IMG/VR virus record: IMGVR_UViG_3300049893_000773
Coordinates: 23,663 to 87,662 of that record
DNA: 64,000 nucleotides
DNA from: a virus
Direction: 5' to 3' (one strand)
In this document: positions 48,031 through 56,364 of the stretch, in pieces
How the letters are laid out: each line of letters opens with the position of its first letter
How positions within the stretch are numbered: the stretch's first letter is position 1
The notes under the pieces: model-generated
Database searches by the model: none
What the model was told of the DNA's origin: nothing
What the model saw: the letters and a program-made list of their open reading frames with translations, nothing else
Position numbers and translations under genes: made by a program

Positions 48031-49076
48031 ATGAAAGACCCATTCTGATTATCGACGGGATGAACCTCTTCGTCCGTCACTTCATGGCGAATGACGCTGT
48101 AACGACCGTAGGGGACCCATGCGGGGGCGTTATTGGGTTCATCAAGGCTTTGCACTCACTGACCCAGCAGTTCAACCCAGTGCGCCTTTACGTCGTTTGG
48201 GAGCAAGGTGGAGGCTGTCCCAGGAGGAGGAAGCTCTTTCCCGATTACAAGGCTAACCGACTCAAGGTCAATTCCGAGTTCAAGGCCATTGGGTTGCCTC
48301 CAAATGGAGTTCCAACCAAGAAGTGGATCAAGGATGACAAGGAGAACAAGCTCACGCAGACCAAGAACCTTGTGGCTGCATTGAAGCATCTCCCTGTGTG
48401 CCAGCTTTACGTTGCAGACACGGAATGCGACGACGTGGTGGCCTATTTGGTCCAAAACAAGCTCAAAAACGTAAATGGCATGAAAATCATCGTGTCATCG
48501 GACAGGGACTTCTATCAACTCCTGGACGACCCGAACGTTCAACTCTACAACCCAGCCGATAAGTCTCTGCATGGTGGACCTATTGTGAAGGTGAAGGTTG
48601 GAAAGGAAGAGTTCGTGCACATTCCGGCCAGGAACTACGCCTTGGTCAGAACGCTCACTGGGGATGACTCAGACAACATTCCCGGCGTCCCAGGACTTGG
48701 CTTCAAAACGGCTTTGAAGCTGTTTCCTGAACTCCTGAGTGAGGACCAGAATCGCAGCGTGTCCGAGTTGGTGGAGATCGCTAAGGCCAAGTCGATGGAA
48801 AAGAAGGCTTTGAAGGCTTATGGCTCGGTGGCGTCCTGCGGAGACATGATTTGGAGGAACTGGCAGTTGATGTTCCTTACCGAATCCACCCTTTCCTACG
48901 AGCAAATCAAGAAGATCAACTTCGCGGTAGATAACTTCGAGCCGCACGTGAACAAGATGGAATTCATCCGTTCCCTCTTGAATGCGAAAATTGTCAGCAA
49001 TATCAACTACGATGCCGTGATTTACGACATGCAGGTGGCTCTGATCCACTCGTTGCAAAATTCGAATATCGGATAA
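48027..49076 (+). CDS. 5'-3' exonuclease / flap endonuclease (T4 RNase H-like)
   Basis: IIDGMNLFVR, YKANR, ECDDV, SSDRDFYQL and GDDSDNIPGVPGLGFKT motifs. Confidence 0.93.
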   Translation: MNERPILIIDGMNLFVRHFMANDAVTTVGDPCGGVIGFIKALHSLTQQFNPVRLYVVWEQGGGCPRRRKLFPDYKANRLKVNSEFKAIGLPPNGVPTKKWIKDDKENKLTQTKNLVAALKHLPVCQLYVADTECDDVVAYLVQNKLKNVNGMKIIVSSDRDFYQLLDDPNVQLYNPADKSLHGGPIVKVKVGKEEFVHIPARNYALVRTLTGDDSDNIPGVPGLGFKTALKLFPELLSEDQNRSVSELVEIAKAKSMEKKALKAYGSVASCGDMIWRNWQLMFLTESTLSYEQIKKINFAVDNFEPHVNKMEFIRSLLNAKIVSNINYDAVIYDMQVALIHSLQNSNIG

Positions 49077-49263
49077 AGGAAGATCAATCACGTCCATGGT
49101 ACTTACCTCTTACCGAGGCAGTGAGCTCCACTTGTGTACCCCTTCCCTCTTCGATGCGAAAAATGCAACCAAGTGAAATGGGCGGTAAAAACCAAATCTC
49201 GCTGATGTAATCTTGTCCTCCCCTCCTTCACTTTCAGGAGGGATGACACTCAAGGAGAATCGA

Positions 49264-50742
49264 ATGTCCACTGAAACAAGTGAAGACAGCAGGAATGCTT
49301 TTGCCCAATTTGACCGTTCCTTCCAGGAGAAGATCGTCCAGGCTCTTTTGACGGATCGTACTTGGGCGGCGAGGATGGCAGAAATCCTGGATGTCAATTA
49401 CTTCGAATACGCCTATCTGAGGCAAATGTCGAAGCACTACTTGTCGTACTACAGAAATTACAAGGAGTTCCCGTCTCTCGATCTGTTCATCACGGTGATG
49501 AAGGACGAGTTGAAGGCGATCAACGACTCTGCGCTGGCTGAACAGGTGATCGGGGTGATCAAGAACACCAAGATCAAGAAGGACCTCGGTGACCTCCAGT
49601 ATGTCAAGGATGCCGCTCTGTCTTTCTGCCGTCAACGTTCGTTCAAGAATGCACTTGTTGAGTGTGCAGAACTTGTCAAGGCGGAAGATCAGTACGAGCG
49701 TGCCGTGGAGATCGTGCAGCGTGCAATTTCTGCTGGACAGACGCACTCTCCAGCCCTTTCTCTGGAAGACGACATTGAGGCAAGGTACTCTGTAACGTTT
49801 CGTAATACGATTCGGACGAACATTTGCGTCCGTTCATCTACCTGGGACATCATCGACGGTCCATCGCTGGATTCGAAGAAGATCCTCAATGGCGGAACGG
49901 GCTCGGGTGAGTTGAACGTTGTAATTGCCCCAACTGGCGTGGGCAAGAGCCACTGGTTGACCCATATGGGTGCCCAAGCTCTTCTCCAGGGCAAGAACGT
50001 CCTCCATTTCACCTTTGAGCTTGCTGAAAGGGCTGTTGGAGTCCGTTACGACTCGCACCTTCTGGGAATCGACTCCCTGGAATGTGCCGAGAGAATGGAT
50101 GAGATCAAGAAGTTCTACGCGGACAACGCTGGAATTCTTGGGAAGCTCAGGATCAAGTATTTCCCAACCGGAACGGCGACGGTACAGACCTTGCGGGCCT
50201 TCATCGACAAGATGGCTCTCGATGGATTCCGTCCTGACATGTTGGTGATTGACTATGCTCAGATCATGAGGTCTACTGAGAAGTACGACCTCCCACGCAT
50301 GGAGTTGAAGAAGATTTTCGAGGAACTCCGTGCGTTTGCTTCTGAGTTGGACCTGCCAATTTGGACCGCTTCCCAATCCAACAAGGAAGGTGCCGAGGCT
50401 GATATCATCTCCCTCGCCAACATGGCAGAGGCGTACGCCCAGGCTCACATTTGTGACTTCGTGGTGGGCCTTGGTCGTCCAGAGAGCAAGAAGGCAACCG
50501 GCATCGGAACTCTGTTCATTGCCAAGAACAGAAATGGCCCCGACGGTTTCAGCTTCCCCATCAAGATTGATACTGCTCGTTCCAGGTTCGCCCTCCTCTC
50601 CGAAGATGAGCTTCGGGGTGTTCACGCGGAGCAAGAAAAAGAAGCAGAAGAAGAAAAGAGCTTTATTCATCAGTCCTTCAGGAAGGTTATGAGTAGGGCC
50701 AATGACTCGGGGGTACAGCTTGTGTCCTCCCGCAACAAGTAA
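49264..50742 (+). CDS. Replicative DnaB-like helicase (gp41-like)
   Basis: APTGVGKS, FELAE, VIDYA, WTASQSN and AKNRNG motifs; start could instead be 49243. Confidence 0.92.
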   Translation: MSTETSEDSRNAFAQFDRSFQEKIVQALLTDRTWAARMAEILDVNYFEYAYLRQMSKHYLSYYRNYKEFPSLDLFITVMKDELKAINDSALAEQVIGVIKNTKIKKDLGDLQYVKDAALSFCRQRSFKNALVECAELVKAEDQYERAVEIVQRAISAGQTHSPALSLEDDIEARYSVTFRNTIRTNICVRSSTWDIIDGPSLDSKKILNGGTGSGELNVVIAPTGVGKSHWLTHMGAQALLQGKNVLHFTFELAERAVGVRYDSHLLGIDSLECAERMDEIKKFYADNAGILGKLRIKYFPTGTATVQTLRAFIDKMALDGFRPDMLVIDYAQIMRSTEKYDLPRMELKKIFEELRAFASELDLPIWTASQSNKEGAEADIISLANMAEAYAQAHICDFVVGLGRPESKKATGIGTLFIAKNRNGPDGFSFPIKIDTARSRFALLSEDELRGVHAEQEKEAEEEKSFIHQSFRKVMSRANDSGVQLVSSRNK

Positions 50743-50755
50743 TAGGAGATAGCTC

Positions 50756-53257
50756 ATGGTTTCGTTCGAAGAGGCAATTCAGCAATCGACAGAGTATTTT
50801 GAGGGCAATGGCCTTGCGGCCAACGTGTTTGTGACCAAGTACGCCCTGAGAGATGAGGCCAGGAACCTCTTGGAGGCCGTCCCGGAACAGATGCACCGCC
50901 GCCTTGCCAAGGAATTCGCAAGGATCGAGAGCAAGTACAAGAACCCACTCTCGGAGGAGAAGATTTTCTCCTACCTCGACAAGTTCAAGTACGTCATTCC
51001 CCAGGGTTCCCCAATGGCTGGTATTGGCAACAAGTACCAGCTCATGAGCCTGTCGAATTGCTTCGTGATTCCCCCTCCAAACGATTCCATGTCGGGTATC
51101 ACCTACACGATCGCTGAAGAGAAGGAGATCATGAAGCGTCGTGGTGGTGTCGGCTTCGACATCTCCACCATCCGTCCAAAGGGTATGCCCACAAGCAACG
51201 CAGCGGGCACCACAGACGGCATTGCTGTCTTCATGGACGACTTCTCCGATGCTTGCCGTAGGACGGCTCAGAATGGCCGCAGAGGAGCCTTGATGCTCAC
51301 CATTTCGGTGCATCACCCTGAAATCCAAACCTTCATCGACATCAAGAAGGACAAGTCCAGGGTCACTGGAGCCAACATTTCCATTCGTCTCTCCGACGAG
51401 TTCATGGAGGCTGTCAGAGATGGGAAGGAAGTGGAGCTTCGCTTCCCCGTCGATTCCCCAAACCCAAAGATTCGCAAGATGGTGGACGCTCAGGCCCTTT
51501 GGACCGAGATCGTCACAGCGGCACATGCAAGCGCTGAGCCGGGTCTCCTCTTTTGGGACCCAATCATGAAATACTGCCCAGCGAACAACTACCCCGAGTA
51601 CAAGACTTCCGCAACCAATCCATGCGGGGAGATCACTCTCTCTCCATACGACTCTTGCCGTTTGCTCTTGATCAACACCCTCTCCTTTGTGCAAAATCCA
51701 TACACCAAGAACGCCTTGGTGGATTGGGCGAAGTTCGGTGAGGTTGTCAGGGATTCTCAGCGACTCATGGACGATATCGTTGATTTGGAGTTGGAGTCCG
51801 TCGATCGCATCATTGCCAAGATCAAGTCTGATCCTGAGCCCGACCACATTAAGATGGCAGAAATGAGGCTTTGGAACAACATCCGTGAAGCTTGCGAGCG
51901 CGGCCGTCGTACTGGACTCGGAGTCACCGCAGTTGGTGACTTCGTGGCTGCTCTTGGAATGCGTTATGGTTCCGAGGATAGCATCCGTGTGGTTGAGTAC
52001 CTGTACAGGATGCTTGCCCTGAACAGCTACGCTTCCAGCATCCAGCTTGCCAAGGAGCGTGGGGCATTCCCAGCCTTCAACCACGATCTGGAGAAGAACG
52101 ACCCATTCCTTCAGAGGATTTGGGATGCTGAGCCCAGCCTTTACGAGGAATACAAGAAGTATGGGCGCAGGAACATTGCAAACAACACGACCGCCCCAGC
52201 CGGTTCCACGTCGATCTTGGCAAAGGCTGTGATTGGCTTCGGAACCACCTCTGGCATCGAGAATGCTGTCTTTGCTGCCTTCTACCTTCGTAGGAAGAAG
52301 ATCAACCCGAGCGATACCAACGCAAGGGTTGACTTCACGGATGCACAGGGCGACAAGTGGACGGAGTACAAGGTCTACAACCAGGGATTTGCTGCCTGGA
52401 AGGAAATCAACCAAAAGACCGATGACGACGTTGAGCAATCCCCATACTGGAAGTCCACGATTGCTGACGTGGATTGGGTTGCCAAGGTTGAGATGCAGGG
52501 TGCTGCCCAGAAGTGGATCGACCACTCCATCTCCAACACTACCAACCTCCCTCGTGACGCCTCCGTGGAGACCGTGAAGGCGGTCTACATGAAGGGTTGG
52601 GAAGTCGGCTGCAAGGGAATCACCATTTACCGTGATGGTTGCCGTGATGGTGTGATCCTCTCGGCAGATAGCAAGGCAAGCGTGGAGGATGATGATGGGT
52701 TCGTTGAACACCACGCTCCAAAGCGTCCATCCGAGCTTGAGTGCGATGTTTACCATCCAACCATCCAGGGAGAGAAGTGGACGATTTTCGTTGGCAAGCT
52801 TGGTGGCCGTCCTTATGAGGTAATGGGAGGACTCTCTCGCCACATCACGCTGCCAAAGCGTGTTCGCGGCGGGAAGACCGTCAAGAGAAACGGTGAGGTT
52901 AACCCAGCGGAGTATGACTTCCACTACGACTTCGAGAACCCAGAGGATGAGACGATTATCAAGAATATCGGCAACATCTTCGAGAATCCCACCCATGCCG
53001 CCTTCACCAGGACAATCTCCTTGGCTCTTCGTCACGGTGCTCCTGTTCAGTATGTCGTGGAGCAACTCCTCAAGGGTGCCGAGAAGGAGTCCGACCTCTT
53101 TTCCTTCTCCAAGGTCATGTCCAGGGTCTTGAAGAACTACATCAAGGATGGAACCAAGGCTTCCCAGAAGAAGTGCCCAGATTGTGGGTCCACCAACCTC
53201 AGCTACCAGCAAGGCTGCGTGACCTGCCTTGATTGCGGTTCTTCGAAGTGTGGTTGA
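50756..53257 (+). CDS. nrdJ: Class II (B12-dependent) ribonucleotide reductase
   Basis: SNCFV, RRGGVG, RRGALM, TNPCGE, RRTGLG, APAGS, GCKGITIYRDG and a C-terminal CPDC..C..C; no beta subunit gene nearby. Confidence 0.88.
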   Translation: MVSFEEAIQQSTEYFEGNGLAANVFVTKYALRDEARNLLEAVPEQMHRRLAKEFARIESKYKNPLSEEKIFSYLDKFKYVIPQGSPMAGIGNKYQLMSLSNCFVIPPPNDSMSGITYTIAEEKEIMKRRGGVGFDISTIRPKGMPTSNAAGTTDGIAVFMDDFSDACRRTAQNGRRGALMLTISVHHPEIQTFIDIKKDKSRVTGANISIRLSDEFMEAVRDGKEVELRFPVDSPNPKIRKMVDAQALWTEIVTAAHASAEPGLLFWDPIMKYCPANNYPEYKTSATNPCGEITLSPYDSCRLLLINTLSFVQNPYTKNALVDWAKFGEVVRDSQRLMDDIVDLELESVDRIIAKIKSDPEPDHIKMAEMRLWNNIREACERGRRTGLGVTAVGDFVAALGMRYGSEDSIRVVEYLYRMLALNSYASSIQLAKERGAFPAFNHDLEKNDPFLQRIWDAEPSLYEEYKKYGRRNIANNTTAPAGSTSILAKAVIGFGTTSGIENAVFAAFYLRRKKINPSDTNARVDFTDAQGDKWTEYKVYNQGFAAWKEINQKTDDDVEQSPYWKSTIADVDWVAKVEMQGAAQKWIDHSISNTTNLPRDASVETVKAVYMKGWEVGCKGITIYRDGCRDGVILSADSKASVEDDDGFVEHHAPKRPSELECDVYHPTIQGEKWTIFVGKLGGRPYEVMGGLSRHITLPKRVRGGKTVKRNGEVNPAEYDFHYDFENPEDETIIKNIGNIFENPTHAAFTRTISLALRHGAPVQYVVEQLLKGAEKESDLFSFSKVMSRVLKNYIKDGTKASQKKCPDCGSTNLSYQQGCVTCLDCGSSKCG

Positions 53258-53289
53258 CTTCTCACGGGTGTTGAGTTACGGTGTAACTC

Positions 53290-53652
53290 ATGCCCGAGAA
53301 GCTCTTTGTGTCGATTCAGTTCAACAACTTCGGCAACATCCGAGAAGACAAGCAAATTCGAAGGAATGTGGAGTTCATTGAGTGGCTTGTCACCACGCAC
53401 AGCCCCACCTTCAAGGAAGAAGAAGCGCTTGATCCTGGGCATGAGCACATCCTGGAAGTTGACAAGTCAATGGCTCTCTGGGCCCAGGAGAAGCTCGATG
53501 AACTTGCTCTGGTGAATGGCTTCAATTGGAAGCAGACAGAACCCTGCACCTGCTCTTGTCATAGGCCAGGGTCGGAGATTCTTCACTTTGACTCATGTTG
53601 CCGGTATACCTATCGGAAGTACAAGAATCACGTTCCAACGCGGTGGGTTTGA
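53290..53652 (+). CDS. Hypothetical protein (Cys-rich C-terminus)
   Basis: ORF with CTCSCH...SCC; TTGACT-N17-TACGGT upstream. Confidence 0.6.
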   Translation: MPEKLFVSIQFNNFGNIREDKQIRRNVEFIEWLVTTHSPTFKEEEALDPGHEHILEVDKSMALWAQEKLDELALVNGFNWKQTEPCTCSCHRPGSEILHFDSCCRYTYRKYKNHVPTRWV

Positions 53653-53658
53653 GGGTTC

Positions 53659-53853
53659 ATGAAGAAAAAGCGCCCCGAATACGTCAGGTGCATCCTGGCA
53701 GAGAGAATCACCGCTTGGTGTGGCAGGAACGTTTGCGCCGAGTGGTATTTTTCTGATATCAACCACGCTGCACTTCACCGAAAAGCGGAAGGTCGGTTGC
53801 TCGTATGTCCCGAGTGTGCTGAAGTCGTTTCCAAGCTCCTCCTGAGAAAGTAA
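53659..53853 (+). CDS. Small putative zinc-binding protein
   Basis: C..WCG...CPEC; GAGGG SD. Confidence 0.55.
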   Translation: MKKKRPEYVRCILAERITAWCGRNVCAEWYFSDINHAALHRKAEGRLLVCPECAEVVSKLLLRK

Positions 53854-53862
53854 CGATCCCAG

Positions 53863-53890
53863 TTGACTTTGGTAGGAATTTGCGTATCCT
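53863..53890 (+). promoter_or_regulatory. Sigma70-like promoter
   Basis: TTGACT-N16-TATCCT. Confidence 0.5.
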
Positions 53891-53919
53891 CCGTAGTTAC
53901 CTCTTACCCAAGGTAATGA

Positions 53920-55854
53920 ATGATCACCATTTCCTACAAGCCAGCCGAGAGCAAATTGGCCATTCCAACACCGCCAATTCCTGCTGATGCCCTGTCGTTT
54001 CAGCAATACCAGCACACCATTGCGGCACTTGGAAAGCACTACGAGGTAACCCTACTTGATGCTCGTCCAGATGCTCCCAAGCTGGTAGAGTTCAAGATCG
54101 TGGATGGTCTGAGACGGACGTACCACGTTCAGAAGTTGGCGAGCGTCTGGCAGTGCTCCTGCAAGGAATTCGTGCATTCGCAGACTGACCACTGCGAGCA
54201 CATTGGCCTCTTGCAGCATGCCGCCCGCCATGCCTGGAACATCCACTTCCGGGGCTTCCAGAAGGTGGAACGGGCCATTTTGGTGCGGAAGAACGCTCCC
54301 AACTACCGTGGCTCGGGTCTTCGATTCAAGGGCTACAGTGGCCAGAGTGATGGCATTTGCGTTTACACCACAGGGACCAAGCAAGCCCTCAAAACGGCTC
54401 CGGTGATCGAGAGCGTTGCTCTTCCTGTGTTTCGAGAGCGCTTCGACATGGATTCGATGGTCCTGGATGGGCAGTTGCTTGCCAGCAAGCCCGTGAGCGA
54501 CGGAATCCTGAGTTCGCCGCTCAAATTGTACGACTACCAGGAGGAAATCTTCGCTTCGATGCTCAAGGCGAAGAAGTCCGTGTGCTCCATGGTCATGGGG
54601 TCGGGAAAGACCTTGACCTCGATTGCCTGCTTTGGGTGGATTCGAAAGCACGTGAAGCCGGGAGCCAGGGCCCTGATTATCTGCCCCAAATCGCTGAAGA
54701 TTCAATGGGGTAAAGAAATCAAGCGTGCCCTTGGGTTGGATTCGTGGATGGTCAATGGCACCAAGGGACTTGGAGGACTTGGTACGTGCGACATTGAGAT
54801 CGTGACCTACCAGACCTTTGCCAAGCATCACGAGAAGTTCCAGGCTCAGAAGTACGACTTGGTGATCATGGACGAGATCCAGTTCATTCGAAATGACGAG
54901 TCCAAGGCTTGGAAGGCTGCAAAGACGCTGAAAAGCGAGTATTTCTTCGGCCTGTCCGGTACGGTGATTGAGAATCGCCTGGACGACCTCTACTCGATCA
55001 TGGACGTAATCGCGCCGGGTTCTCTTGGCCCAAAGTGGAAGTTCAACGACCAATTCCAGAATGTCATCTCGGTCAATCGGAAGGTCTTGATCTTCTCTGG
55101 ACTCAAGAACATCGAGCAATTGCACGAGAAGATCAAGGGAAGGGTCTTTGGCTACGACAAGCTTCAACTCCCTCCGATTGCTCACGTCTACAAGTCCGTC
55201 AGCATGAGTCCTGCCCAGAAGGCTCAGCACGACGACTACTACGACAATGCTCAAAGGCTCCTCGCAAAGTCTCTCTCCTCTGGCTTGAGCCATTCCGAGA
55301 AGATGTTGCTCCAATCTCTCTTGCTGAAAGCTCGGCAAGCCTGCAATGCCCTTGACTTGCTCACGAAGCAGCCTGAGCGTCCTTCCGTGAAGACTCAGGA
55401 AATCCTCTCGGACGTGAAGCAGTTGATTGCCGATGGCCACAAGATTGTGCTCTTTTCCCAGTGGACGGAGTACCTGGACCTGCTTCACAGGGAATTTGCC
55501 AAGCTTGGGATCGGCTGCGTCTTCTTTACGGGCCGAGAAACAGAACGTCAACGGGCCAAGAGCTTGGATTCCTTTGCGAACAACTCCAAGATCAACGTCT
55601 TCTTGGCATCCGATGCTGGAGGAGTTGGAGTGGATGGACTCCAGATGTCGGCAGACGTGGTGATCCACACCGAATTGCCCTGGAATCCCGCAAGGCTCGA
55701 CCAAAGGACGGGCAGAGTCCATCGGCTTGGTCAATCCAAACCCGTTCAAGCCTTCTACTACTATGCCTCGGGAACGATCGAGGAGAAAATGCTGCAAGTT
55801 CTTCAAGGGAAGCGCGACATCCGCACCCTTTCCCTTGATGTTCCGAAGGAGTGA
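53920..55854 (+). CDS. SWIM-finger SNF2-family helicase/ATPase
   Basis: CSC...CEH SWIM; MGSGKT, DEIQ, LSGTVIENRL, VLFSQW and WNPARLDQRTGRVHRLGQ motifs. Confidence 0.92.
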   Translation: MITISYKPAESKLAIPTPPIPADALSFQQYQHTIAALGKHYEVTLLDARPDAPKLVEFKIVDGLRRTYHVQKLASVWQCSCKEFVHSQTDHCEHIGLLQHAARHAWNIHFRGFQKVERAILVRKNAPNYRGSGLRFKGYSGQSDGICVYTTGTKQALKTAPVIESVALPVFRERFDMDSMVLDGQLLASKPVSDGILSSPLKLYDYQEEIFASMLKAKKSVCSMVMGSGKTLTSIACFGWIRKHVKPGARALIICPKSLKIQWGKEIKRALGLDSWMVNGTKGLGGLGTCDIEIVTYQTFAKHHEKFQAQKYDLVIMDEIQFIRNDESKAWKAAKTLKSEYFFGLSGTVIENRLDDLYSIMDVIAPGSLGPKWKFNDQFQNVISVNRKVLIFSGLKNIEQLHEKIKGRVFGYDKLQLPPIAHVYKSVSMSPAQKAQHDDYYDNAQRLLAKSLSSGLSHSEKMLLQSLLLKARQACNALDLLTKQPERPSVKTQEILSDVKQLIADGHKIVLFSQWTEYLDLLHREFAKLGIGCVFFTGRETERQRAKSLDSFANNSKINVFLASDAGGVGVDGLQMSADVVIHTELPWNPARLDQRTGRVHRLGQSKPVQAFYYYASGTIEEKMLQVLQGKRDIRTLSLDVPKE

Positions 55855-55857
55855 GAA

Positions 55858-56073
55858 ATGTACTATTTGGTATACTTGGCCTACGAGAGAGATGGCGGCG
55901 GACTTGTCACGCAAGAGGACCTGAAGCGCTATTCCAGGATTTTCTCCGATGAATGGCGTGCGGAGGAATACAGGGCAGAGCTTGATGCAACGGAGGGCGC
56001 TGGTTGGATGCGGGCAAGAGTGCTTGCCTGTGGCGAGAATGGGTGCGAGGAACCATCACTGGAGGAGCCATAG
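55858..56073 (+). CDS. Hypothetical protein
   Basis: AGGAG SD; tightly packed. Confidence 0.55.
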   Translation: MYYLVYLAYERDGGGLVTQEDLKRYSRIFSDEWRAEEYRAELDATEGAGWMRARVLACGENGCEEPSLEEP

Positions 56074-56078
56074 AACCG

Positions 56079-56348
56079 ATGGGATACTACTACTACGGAA
56101 AGAGCAACAAGCGAGTTGAGTTCGAGGACAGCAAGCCCCCAAAGCACCAAGGTGGAGTTGTCATCTTGCGGGATGGGGCTCCTCGGAGCATTTTCAACGA
56201 ACTTGGAATCAAGATCACCGGCTACTACGACTGGGCTGACATGTACCACGTGGATGCCAGCATTGAGCAATTGAACCAATTGTTTGAAACCGGGATGGCA
56301 AAGTGCGCCGAGCCTGCCTTGGTCGAAAACATCGGACCAAGGAGGTAA
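56079..56348 (+). CDS. Hypothetical protein
   Basis: GGAGGAG upstream; ATG at 56079 MGYYYYGK. Confidence 0.55.
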   Translation: MGYYYYGKSNKRVEFEDSKPPKHQGGVVILRDGAPRSIFNELGIKITGYYDWADMYHVDASIEQLNQLFETGMAKCAEPALVENIGPRR

Positions 56349-56364
56349 TCCCATATTTAGGTGG

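Noticed and set aside
50756-53257. Intein or intron in RNR, helicase or RecA
   Set aside because: Protein lengths are normal, frames are uninterrupted and no intein splice-junction or LAGLIDADG motifs are visible.
56284-56364. Upstream extensions given by the ORF track (also 26193, 27679, 47768, 62103)
   Set aside because: They overlap neighbouring genes or promoter motifs. Downstream starts fit SD/TANTTA positions and domain boundaries, e.g. the GATase needs Cys at position 2.
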